Assembly (NCBI GenBank): GCA_964621445.1 | Contig: CAZUNO010000021.1 | Span: 1 to 52,498, forward strand | Source of the DNA: Candidatus Hadarchaeota archaeon | GTDB taxonomy: Archaea; CAYQAE01; CAYVLA01 | Reading direction: 5' to 3' | DNA length: 52,498 nucleotides | Part shown: positions 38,322 through 46,766 of the stretch, piece by piece | Layout: each line of letters starts with the position of its first letter | How positions within the stretch are numbered: the first letter of the stretch is position 1 | Program-made: the position numbers and the translations under genes | The notes under the pieces: generated by a model | Seen by the model: only the letters and a program-made list of their open reading frames with translations | Databases searched by the model: none | What the model was told of the DNA's origin: nothing

Positions 38322-39728
38322 CTATTCCCTTGCCGCCAAGGCGCTACAACCCGGGGCATCCTCCTTAGAATCCGCTAGATCCATGAGGAAGTCCGGATAG
38401 CTTCCACCAGCATCCTCGGTTGCGATATCGAATAGTTCCTTAATTACCCCGGGGTTCTCATCCGCAACGTTTTCCTCGAATGGATTATCCCTTCCCAGAT
38501 CCTGGAGGAAAGGCCCCTTGCCGTTTACCTTGCAGTTGAACCACCACTTGTCGTTCACCACGGTAACCGCCGAGCCCCAAGCCACGGTAACGTGATCCCT
38601 GGGACCGGGTTCGTCATCGAGGGCCTTTTCGAAGAATAATCTTCCATCAATTGGTTCAGGAGGTTCGACACCCGCAAAACGAAGTATCTCAGCGGTGATA
38701 TCCGTATGCTGAACCATATTGTCCCTTCTTTCCCCCGCTCCCTTGCCCTCAGGATGCCTGACCATCAATGGTACATCAAAGACCTCCCGGGAGGAGGGAT
38801 ATCCACGTTTGCCCATGTAATTCCTGTCACCTATAGAGTGACCGTGATCGGCCGTGAACAGAATTACCGTGTCCTCCAGCAAACCCAATACGCGGAGAGA
38901 TTCCATGAAATATCCAAACCACCTATCACAGAAGGAAACCAGGCCGCTATAGTTGGCTTGGGTACGGTACAGAAGATCGGAACCCAGGTCGGATGTGTCG
39001 GAATAGCCGGATTTCACCTGTTCCTGACCTCCATTTTCACTGTACATCTGCCTGTAATGGGAGGGGACCAGCCACGGCTCGTGGGGATCAAATGACTCCA
39101 CGGTGAGGAAGAATTTGTCCGCATCCTGGTTCTGTTCCAGCCACAAGGCGGATTCCTTCAATACCCTGGCAGCAAAGAAGTCCTCCTCCTTATTTCTCCC
39201 ATGGATATTCATTATGCACTGCTGTATGAAGTCCACAGTGTTGGGATTTTGCATATCCCTAGGCAGCCAATAATCCAGCTCCTCCTGGGTAAGTTTTGGC
39301 CCTGAACGATAGGGGTCCTTCTCCTGACCTCTAAGGAATTTCCACTGGTCAAAGCCTCTCCAGAAGTTCTTGGAAGGCTTGAACATGTGATAGACATCTG
39401 ATATGAGGCCCGTCCTGTACCCAGCTTCTCTCAACATCTCAGCCAGAGTGGCCTGATCCTCGCGTATGGGTCCCCATCCCGGGGCCCCAACGAAGTCTCC
39501 CTTTAGCCGGAAATCGCCATTGAAGAAGGGATATACCCTCTGGCCGGTGTACATTGCGCGACGGGCAGGGAGTGTGGGCAGGGATTCGGGAAAGGCCCGG
39601 TCCATGACGAGGGATTCCTTTGCGAACTCGTCAAAGTGGGGTGTTTTAATCTTCCCCCAGGGGGGAGATCCATATGTGCCAACGCTATCCTTTCGCAGTG
39701 AATCAAAGACAACCAGTATAACGTTCAC
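38322..39728 (-). CDS. sulfatase/alkaline-phosphatase superfamily hydrolase with Thr at the formylglycine position
   Basis: NVILVVFDSLR, PTLPARRAMYTG, TLAEMLREAGY, DPHEPW, FTADHG, VPLMVRHP and HTDITAEIL. Confidence 0.88.
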   Translation of the reverse strand: MNVILVVFDSLRKDSVGTYGSPPWGKIKTPHFDEFAKESLVMDRAFPESLPTLPARRAMYTGQRVYPFFNGDFRLKGDFVGAPGWGPIREDQATLAEMLREAGYRTGLISDVYHMFKPSKNFWRGFDQWKFLRGQEKDPYRSGPKLTQEELDYWLPRDMQNPNTVDFIQQCIMNIHGRNKEEDFFAARVLKESALWLEQNQDADKFFLTVESFDPHEPWLVPSHYRQMYSENGGQEQVKSGYSDTSDLGSDLLYRTQANYSGLVSFCDRWFGYFMESLRVLGLLEDTVILFTADHGHSIGDRNYMGKRGYPSSREVFDVPLMVRHPEGKGAGERRDNMVQHTDITAEILRFAGVEPPEPIDGRLFFEKALDDEPGPRDHVTVAWGSAVTVVNDKWWFNCKVNGKGPFLQDLGRDNPFEENVADENPGVIKELFDIATEDAGGSYPDFLMDLADSKEDAPGCSALAARE

Positions 39729-39872
39729 GGGAATACCTCAATATTCAGTTCTATTATCTACATACATGGGCTTTTGAATGTACTCTTACTTTGCCCCCTC
39801 AAAGCGATACCCCTATTAGAAAAAATGAAGTAATTCAAATTTAGGAGATGATAATCTATTTACAATTTCAGG

Positions 39873-41132
39873 TTATTGAGTTAAGGGATACTCACCATAT
39901 TCTCTTGCCGTAGAATAGGCTGCGATCAGCGATTCCGGGGATACATTTGGCTGAACGTTATGCACCTGGTTGAAGACGAACCCTCCGCCTTCTGCGAAAA
40001 CGGAGATATTGTCCTTCACATGCCTTCTAACTACATCCACCGGTTCATATCCCAAAACGTTCTGGGTATCGGCCCCTCCACCCCAGAAGGTAAGTTGTTC
40101 ACCGAATTCCTTCTTCAGGTTATCTGGATCCATTCTGGCGGCCGATATCTGAACCGGGTTGATGATATCCAGGCCGGCATCAACTATATCGGGTAGAAGG
40201 TCATAGATCGACCCGCATGAATGTAGAAAGGTGAAGCAATCGGTGTGCTTCTTCACATAGGTAAACATCTCCTCATGGCAGGGTTTCAGTACTTCTCGAT
40301 AGGTTTCAGGTGATATCTGGGGACCCATCTGCATGCCTAGATCATCGCCAAAGCCCAGGATCTGAACGTGATTACCAACCGCCTTGACCAATTTTTTGAC
40401 CTTGTCCATGTTCACTTCCATCATCCTGTCCAGCAGAGCCTCGGTAATGTTCCTTCTCTTAGTAACATCGAAAAGCCAGTTCTTCCACCCTCTAAGTCCC
40501 TGACCCCATTCATGGACACCACCCAGCCCCATTAGGTGCAGAGCATAATCCGTCTCCCGATGGAGGTATTTAGCCTTTCTTTTCAGGTGCTGGACGGCGT
40601 CATCGGATATTTTCATCCCTTCCCAATCGATATCCTTTATCTCAGAGGTATTCTTCATATCCTCTAGAGGGTGGTATACCCCATCGAAATAGAAACCGTC
40701 CTCTGGCATTCTGGCCACGATTCTGCCTTCCTTGTTTCTCTTTACATAGCCACCGCCAGGGGCTGGCTCCGGATTAAAGTTTGCGGGAACCTCTACCCGG
40801 GTCTCGTCTCGCAGCTTCCACCTTTTCCATTTCCCGCCGTTTGGCCCCGCCGGCGGTAGACTGCGTTTCAAATCCAGGACATCGACACCTAACAGGTCGA
40901 GTATGGCCTGCTCCGGCTCTGCGAGTTGTTGCCCCGTGTCGTATACGCGAATAGTCCCTTTTTCCATCCCTAGATACCGTTTAAGTTGGGTATAGGCCAA
41001 AGCCGTAATACCAGTGGAACCCATGGACCCGAAATCTACCGGTACCCGATCCGGTTCCTCGTGTCCGGCAGCGATTATCACCCTTTCCCGACTGGTCATT
41101 TCTCCAGATATGGGATTCTCATTATTTGCCAT
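39873..41132 (-). CDS. URO-D/MtaA-CmuA family (methyltransferase-like) protein
   Basis: MTSRERV...HEEPDRVPVDFG, GDDLGMQ.GP.ISP, HSCG, INPVQISA..MDP..LK.EFG, FWGGG.DTQ and FNQVHNVQ. Confidence 0.88.
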   Translation of the reverse strand: MANNENPISGEMTSRERVIIAAGHEEPDRVPVDFGSMGSTGITALAYTQLKRYLGMEKGTIRVYDTGQQLAEPEQAILDLLGVDVLDLKRSLPPAGPNGGKWKRWKLRDETRVEVPANFNPEPAPGGGYVKRNKEGRIVARMPEDGFYFDGVYHPLEDMKNTSEIKDIDWEGMKISDDAVQHLKRKAKYLHRETDYALHLMGLGGVHEWGQGLRGWKNWLFDVTKRRNITEALLDRMMEVNMDKVKKLVKAVGNHVQILGFGDDLGMQMGPQISPETYREVLKPCHEEMFTYVKKHTDCFTFLHSCGSIYDLLPDIVDAGLDIINPVQISAARMDPDNLKKEFGEQLTFWGGGADTQNVLGYEPVDVVRRHVKDNISVFAEGGGFVFNQVHNVQPNVSPESLIAAYSTAREYGEYPLTQ

Positions 41133-41153
41133 AAGATTTCAACCCAGCGCGGG

Positions 41154-41375
41154 CTATTTCCCCCCGTATCTTTTCTTCAAGCCTTCATGGACGCTTCCGT
41201 CCGGTAACACATAGCTCGGTGAGACATAACCTTCCCCCTCAAATCTCTTCTTCCGGACGCACCCTTTGCCTCCATTCCAGCAGTAATCCTCCACCCATTT
41301 CTTGTCGATCAAACCCTTATCGTAAGCCCTCTTCATGGCAGAGGTCGCATTATACCACTTACAGACATCCGTCAT
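41154..41375 (-). CDS. small Cys-containing conserved protein (CKWY...YC......C.R...LPDG family)
   Basis: 73 aa with a GTGA SD. The CKWY, W...YC, CVR and LPDG pattern is recalled from a family of small proteins in anaerobes. Function unknown. Confidence 0.65.
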   Translation of the reverse strand: MTDVCKWYNATSAMKRAYDKGLIDKKWVEDYCWNGGKGCVRKKRFEGEGYVSPSYVLPDGSVHEGLKKRYGGK

Positions 41376-41470
41376 GTTATCACGCCGCCTGGGCTCTACT
41401 GATTCAAATATGTACTACCTGCTCCTCCGGGAATCAGGGGCATATATCAAAAAACCAAAACCCTGAAAGG

Positions 41471-42709
41471 CTAATCGAGGCCGTCTTCCCTCGACATCTC
41501 CAGTTTTGTGGTACTTACAGCACGGTATAGCCGGCGGCGCACCATCAAACTCCACACCACAAATCCCGATAGGAAAAGTACAGAAGACAGGGTCAGCCAT
41601 TCGATGGTGTATACCCACACAAATGCCCTTTCCTTCTCCTTCCTGGCAAGTTTTTCAACCTGGGGGAGCATCTCCAGAGCAGAGCTGATGGTTGACTGGC
41701 TCTCCACAAATCTGTGATCCAGGTACTGATCAGAGGCCAGGGCGTATACCTCCTCTACCTCAATTATCTCTTCCTGAAGTTGTTCAGTATTGGCCCCGAA
41801 CTTATCGATGAAATCCTTGAGGGAAAGTAGAATTCCCATCCTGGATCTGAAATCCGATAAATCATATTTGACTCTATGGAAAACCTCAACATCCTCAATA
41901 AGTTCAGTTTTTGATATCCAAAATATCATATTCATCAGGATCTCTGGCGAATACTTGTTTTCGCCAGTAACTCTCTTTGGATACTCCAACCAACCAAGAG
42001 GTATCTTGGCCCCGGTAGATATGGCCCTGCCCTCCCCGAATTCCCAACAGGCGATGAAATCCTCTCTTGACGGGAATCCACCATGCTGCCAGGCCAGCAC
42101 ATCGGACCCTTGCCTCGAGATCATCAATCGGGCAACGTTTCCAGGCTCATAGACCTCCTCCACACCAAAGGGCACGAAAATCGTTAGGATCGGCTCTGGA
42201 TATTCCTTGTTTATCTCCACGTTGAACCCCGGATTCCTCAGTTCTGGGCCCCTGGCAATGACTCCCGGAGCGTCATTAGGGAAGGCGTTCCAGCCCACTC
42301 CATTTGCCCAGGCCTCGGCTATGCCCGGCACTTGGCTGAAGATACTACTTCCGCTGATCCCACCTCCACCGTCGAAGATCATATCATGAACCCATTTGTC
42401 CTGTTTTGTTGTGAAGAGGTAATAGGCCGGTGAGAGGATCATTATGGCGTCATAAGATTGCATGTTCTGGTATGTCCGTGGAAAATATAATCTTATCAAT
42501 TTGCGGATCTGGTCATCCCCTAGCTGTCCACTACGGGATATGACCATGGTGCTTTCTACCGCGGGTTCTCCACGAAAGAATTTTGTCAGCATGCCGACCC
42601 TACTATTACGTATGAGTATTAGCAGCTGTATCTTCTCTTCACCAAAACAAATTGGAGATAGCAAAAAGAATAAAATTACACAAATTGCTGCAAATCTGAT
42701 TAGTCGAAT
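41471..42709 (-). CDS. GATase-like surface protein (paralog 2 of 3); start proposed at ATT 42709
   Basis: RLYFPRTY, YDAIMI, GGGG, DFIDKFGAN and WVYTIEW...SGFVVWSLMVRRRLY. The signal peptide is complete only if translation starts at 42709. Confidence 0.7.
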   Translation of the reverse strand: MRLIRFAAICVILFFLLSPICFGEEKIQLLILIRNSRVGMLTKFFRGEPAVESTMVISRSGQLGDDQIRKLIRLYFPRTYQNMQSYDAIMILSPAYYLFTTKQDKWVHDMIFDGGGGISGSSIFSQVPGIAEAWANGVGWNAFPNDAPGVIARGPELRNPGFNVEINKEYPEPILTIFVPFGVEEVYEPGNVARLMISRQGSDVLAWQHGGFPSREDFIACWEFGEGRAISTGAKIPLGWLEYPKRVTGENKYSPEILMNMIFWISKTELIEDVEVFHRVKYDLSDFRSRMGILLSLKDFIDKFGANTEQLQEEIIEVEEVYALASDQYLDHRFVESQSTISSALEMLPQVEKLARKEKERAFVWVYTIEWLTLSSVLFLSGFVVWSLMVRRRLYRAVSTTKLEMSREDGLD

Positions 42710-42818
42710 TTATGTCACCCGGGTATGGTTCGACGAACACTTTCCTCATATTTATTGATTTGGGTGCTGTTATTTGAGCTGTTAACGTCTTTCTATTGCT
42801 GACAAATCATAGTCATGG

Positions 42819-43823
42819 CTAGAACAAAACCCCTCTACTATCCTCAGCATTTCCTATCCCTACGCCCAGGTCCTGTTCCGTAAGTTCTTTTCCCTTGTTC
42901 TTATCCTCAAATCTTATCCGGGTGAGAAGTGCAGGAAACTGTCCATAATCAAATCTCACCGGTATGAAGCCCCATTTCTTCTTTCTAAATTTCCAGACCG
43001 TCTTTGAATAGGGCTCCACCGAGAATTCCAGGGATTTTCCGTTCTCCTCCGTTCTAACGTGGAATACCGGCAAATCCCCCTCGACCTTCTCTACGTTAAT
43101 TCCCCCGAAACGATGTAACTCCTTACCATCATAGAAGGAAACATCCTTCTTCACCGATTTACCAAAGATTCGTGGATTGAAGTAAGTCAAACATGCTTCA
43201 TTCCTAAAATGAAAAATGCCCCAGTACCATGGAACTGCGGGAGCGCCTAAAAGAACCTTCTGAAAATAGCAGCTCCCTCCAATGGTCTCTCCATCCATCT
43301 TTGCAGTGAGATCCATGCGGTTGATTCCAGTCATCTCGTATCCATAGCCAAGCCATTTATGGGCCTTCTCCCATGGCCAAACGAACTCATGCTCGTTATC
43401 CAGGATTTCGGCTCGAAATTCCATGTTCTCATTCATGACTACATGGAAACTGCCATCTACGATACGGAATGCCGTATGCGGGGATTCCGTTTTTAAGCCT
43501 GTACTACCCAAATCTATCTTCACCTGGTCCAAGAGAATCTCGTGCTTCATCCTGCTACCATCATAATACCACGCTGCAACTCCACCGTGCATGAACCCAT
43601 CGTCCCTTAGCGGCTCATCCACGCCCATTACCTTGCCATTACACTTCAGCCCACCATCGTTCTTCGTTGACCAAAGGATCCCGACCTGTCTGGGAATACC
43701 ATCCTCCTCCATGGGATCCATAAAGAAGAGCCAAAACCACCAAAGCCAACCCTTGGCTTCGCTAATAGTGAATATTCTCTGTATAGTATGTTTACTATGA
43801 TTGGTATCGTTGACTTTATCCAT
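42819..43823 (-). CDS. hypothetical aromatic-rich beta protein (tocopherol cyclase/CrtC-like fold suspected)
   Basis: 334 aa. WLWWFWLFF near the N-terminus, GSCYFQKV...PWYWG.FHF, and a terminal GIGNAEDS. Fold assignment is tentative. Confidence 0.45.
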   Translation of the reverse strand: MDKVNDTNHSKHTIQRIFTISEAKGWLWWFWLFFMDPMEEDGIPRQVGILWSTKNDGGLKCNGKVMGVDEPLRDDGFMHGGVAAWYYDGSRMKHEILLDQVKIDLGSTGLKTESPHTAFRIVDGSFHVVMNENMEFRAEILDNEHEFVWPWEKAHKWLGYGYEMTGINRMDLTAKMDGETIGGSCYFQKVLLGAPAVPWYWGIFHFRNEACLTYFNPRIFGKSVKKDVSFYDGKELHRFGGINVEKVEGDLPVFHVRTEENGKSLEFSVEPYSKTVWKFRKKKWGFIPVRFDYGQFPALLTRIRFEDKNKGKELTEQDLGVGIGNAEDSRGVLF

Positions 43824-44082
43824 CCTACCGACCGTCCTGGAAATATCATCGAAATTGATTTATAGTGAACAGCTATTCAGTTCTATTCAATTTTCAATAT
43901 CGGTAATGCCAACCCCAACTTTCAACAAGCCCTATTGGCCTGACAGGCCGAGTATCTGGCGGTTTTTCACACCTTTCATTGCTGAAATATAAAACTGAGC
44001 CATCTAGAGGGGCATCGTCACGTGAATAAATCGCATCAACCGGTCGTATTGATCCCTATAATTATTATTATCCGGGGAACGA

Positions 44083-45480
44083 ATGAGATTAACCTTGGTG
44101 ATTAACACGCCAACATCGGTGACAGCACATGGTGGAGTAGGCGAGGTGGGGGGCAATAAGTTCCTTCTAGAAACGGCCTCGTCCTCCGTTTTTCTTGACT
44201 TTGGACAGAGCTTCGGTGAGGAGAAGAAATTTTTCGATCTACCTTTCATCCGGCCTAGAAACGAAAGGGTACTCAGAACCCTAAACATCTTGCCCGAAAT
44301 GCAAGGGAGCTTCTACAAGGATGCAACAACGAGCACACCCTCCAAAGTCGACGCTATGCTCATAAGCCATGCCCATCTTGATCATTATGGATATTCCAGA
44401 TATGTTTCCGACAGCATCCCCCTGGTGACCGGCCCCGCCACTGAGAGAATTATCGTAGCCAGGGAGGAAACCAGCGGAGGATACAAAAAGGACTACAAAA
44501 TTGCCAACTGCTCCAAGAGAAATGGGCACGAGGTATACAAGAACTTCATCACCGCTAGGACCGGTCAGAAAATGGAGTTGGGGGATTTTGAAATATATCC
44601 CATCCATGTCGACCATTCCATTCCAGCCGCATACGGGTTCATCTTGAACACTCCCGAAGCCACCATAGCCTATACCGGTGATCTCAGGAAACACGGCACG
44701 GTATCTCGGTTCACTTCTGATTTCGCCCGGGAAGCCAGCGAGGCAGATCCTGATCTATTGCTTGTTGACTGCACCCATCTCCCAGAGTCCAAAATTAGCA
44801 GTGAGGAAAGGGTCGAGAAGGAGGCCAGGAACCTCATATCTAGTACCAAGAACTTGGTGATGGTGGGGTTTGGCAGTGGGGACCTTGATAGGATGCGTAG
44901 CTTCTACAACGCTGCCCGGCAGTCGGATAGGATGTTAGCGGTCTCCACCAAGCAGGCGGCAATTTTGGAGGCCGTGAGACCGGATTCCCGCCTGGATATC
45001 GTTAATCTTTCGGATCCAAATGTGGCCATCTTCCTCCGAGAAAAGGAAAGACCCAGACAGTGGGAGAGAGAGATTATGGAAAGGTACCCCAACTGTTGCG
45101 TTAGGGGAGAGGACATATCCCGGGAGCAGGATAGGTATGTACTCGTGGCCTCCCTGTTCGACATGAACGAGAGCCTGACCATAACCCCTGAGCCCGATAG
45201 CCTCTACATCTTATCCAGTGCCGACCCATTCGACGAGGAGGGTGAGATATCAAAATCCAAGCTCATGGCCTGGCTCGAGGTTCTGGGAATGCCCTGTGTC
45301 CAAATACATGCCTCGGGGCATATGTCCGGTCCTGAAATACGTGAATTCGTAGAAGGGGTGAACCCCCGAATTACGGTGCCCATACACACCGAAAAACCCG
45401 AACTGGCGTCAATATACCTCTCCCAGCTGGACACCGATGTCAGGGTCCTGGAAAAAGGGGAAGGGCTTCAGGTACCATAA
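44083..45480 (+). CDS. beta-CASP metallo-beta-lactamase ribonuclease (RNase J/aCPSF-related)
   Basis: GGVGEVGGNK, LDFG, SHAHLDH, VDHSIP, YTGDLR.HG, HASGH and PIHTE motifs. Confidence 0.88.
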   Translation: MRLTLVINTPTSVTAHGGVGEVGGNKFLLETASSSVFLDFGQSFGEEKKFFDLPFIRPRNERVLRTLNILPEMQGSFYKDATTSTPSKVDAMLISHAHLDHYGYSRYVSDSIPLVTGPATERIIVAREETSGGYKKDYKIANCSKRNGHEVYKNFITARTGQKMELGDFEIYPIHVDHSIPAAYGFILNTPEATIAYTGDLRKHGTVSRFTSDFAREASEADPDLLLVDCTHLPESKISSEERVEKEARNLISSTKNLVMVGFGSGDLDRMRSFYNAARQSDRMLAVSTKQAAILEAVRPDSRLDIVNLSDPNVAIFLREKERPRQWEREIMERYPNCCVRGEDISREQDRYVLVASLFDMNESLTITPEPDSLYILSSADPFDEEGEISKSKLMAWLEVLGMPCVQIHASGHMSGPEIREFVEGVNPRITVPIHTEKPELASIYLSQLDTDVRVLEKGEGLQVP

Positions 45481-45504
45481 CCAATGGAATCCTGGCCCTC
45501 TAAG

Positions 45505-46704
45505 CTATAACAGTAACAATGACATCAGCGCCGCCGCTCCCAGGCAGATGGAGGTGGGCCAGATTAACCTACGAAGGTATGCCTCTAACGAGGTGTCGAA
45601 GTAGTTCAGGGAGATCGATACACAGGGATGTACGGGTGTGATTATGTAACCAAGGAAGATGCTGAAGTATGTGATCGCGAATGATAATGGGGGCATTGAG
45701 CTTAATCCAAAACGGGCCAGGAAGACGGGAATCACAATTGATGCCGGAGCCTGGATGCGACCAGTGGCGAAACCGAGGAGAAACGAAATCAGAACTAACA
45801 GCACCGGAAGAGGAATATTCAGATCCGCTATGGCCTCCGGCGCTCCAGAGGCCTTGAAGACATTAAGGAACGCAAACATTCCCAGGATTATAAGGGAAAA
45901 ATTCCATGGTTCCATGTCCTTTGCAACTTCCACCAGGGTTCCGGGACCGTAGGAAGCTGCAAGAACCGCTCCGGCGAAGCTGATAAGTACACCGCCCAGG
46001 GTAGCGTACTCGCTAACCTGCAGATCCATGAAGATCTTCAGGACTAAATCGGCCAAAGGAGCTACAAGTATGATGGAAAGGGGGATCAAAAGCCCTGAAA
46101 GGGAGAATTCTCCCGAATATCCCATTCTTTCCTGAGCGCTACGGACCGTGAAATAGTAACCGGTGAAGAGGGTGAGAATGAAGAAGGGAACCAGATAGGG
46201 AAGTATCCCGTATACTTCCAAGCCCGCGATCTTTGCCGAAGCTATAAGAGCTGGAGCCAGTGGGTATATCAGGAAAAGGACGTGTCGAAACCATACATTG
46301 AGTGCCGCTTTGTTATCTCCCGACAGTTCAGTCCCGCCTTCATCCACCATCGGTGCGGAAAGCAGGGCTCCCCCTGGCATGGGCAACATGCCAAGCAACG
46401 CCGGGGATGATATCAGGAAGGCCTTTTTGCCAATTCTCATGTTCTTAACAAGATCCCCCATCCCGCCACTTCTCTGGAGCACTCCCCCAATCATTGCGAT
46501 TGTGGCTACCACCACGGCCAGGGCGATGACGGAGGGATCAGAAAAGGTCAATAAAAGCTGTCCAAGAAAGTTCTCAAAGGATAATGCGATTAGACCCAGT
46601 GCCGCGGCCGCTGCAAACATGGCAATGAATAGATTACGCTGGGCCACGTAGAAAAGAAGAGCTAGCGAAAGCACCAATCCAATCCATAGACTCATATCGA
46701 CCAT
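45505..46704 (-). CDS. DUF401 family membrane protein (ion transporter superfamily)
   Basis: About 11 TM. PALLGMLPMPGGALLSAPMV, NVWFRH....YPL and TPVHPC motifs. Confidence 0.85.
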   Translation of the reverse strand: MVDMSLWIGLVLSLALLFYVAQRNLFIAMFAAAAALGLIALSFENFLGQLLLTFSDPSVIALAVVVATIAMIGGVLQRSGGMGDLVKNMRIGKKAFLISSPALLGMLPMPGGALLSAPMVDEGGTELSGDNKAALNVWFRHVLFLIYPLAPALIASAKIAGLEVYGILPYLVPFFILTLFTGYYFTVRSAQERMGYSGEFSLSGLLIPLSIILVAPLADLVLKIFMDLQVSEYATLGGVLISFAGAVLAASYGPGTLVEVAKDMEPWNFSLIILGMFAFLNVFKASGAPEAIADLNIPLPVLLVLISFLLGFATGRIQAPASIVIPVFLARFGLSSMPPLSFAITYFSIFLGYIITPVHPCVSISLNYFDTSLEAYLRRLIWPTSICLGAAALMSLLLL

Positions 46705-46766
46705 CTAAGCTTGGAAATAACTTACTAAGTACCCGTCGCTCCGGAGAAGCGTTTCATAGCACCATC

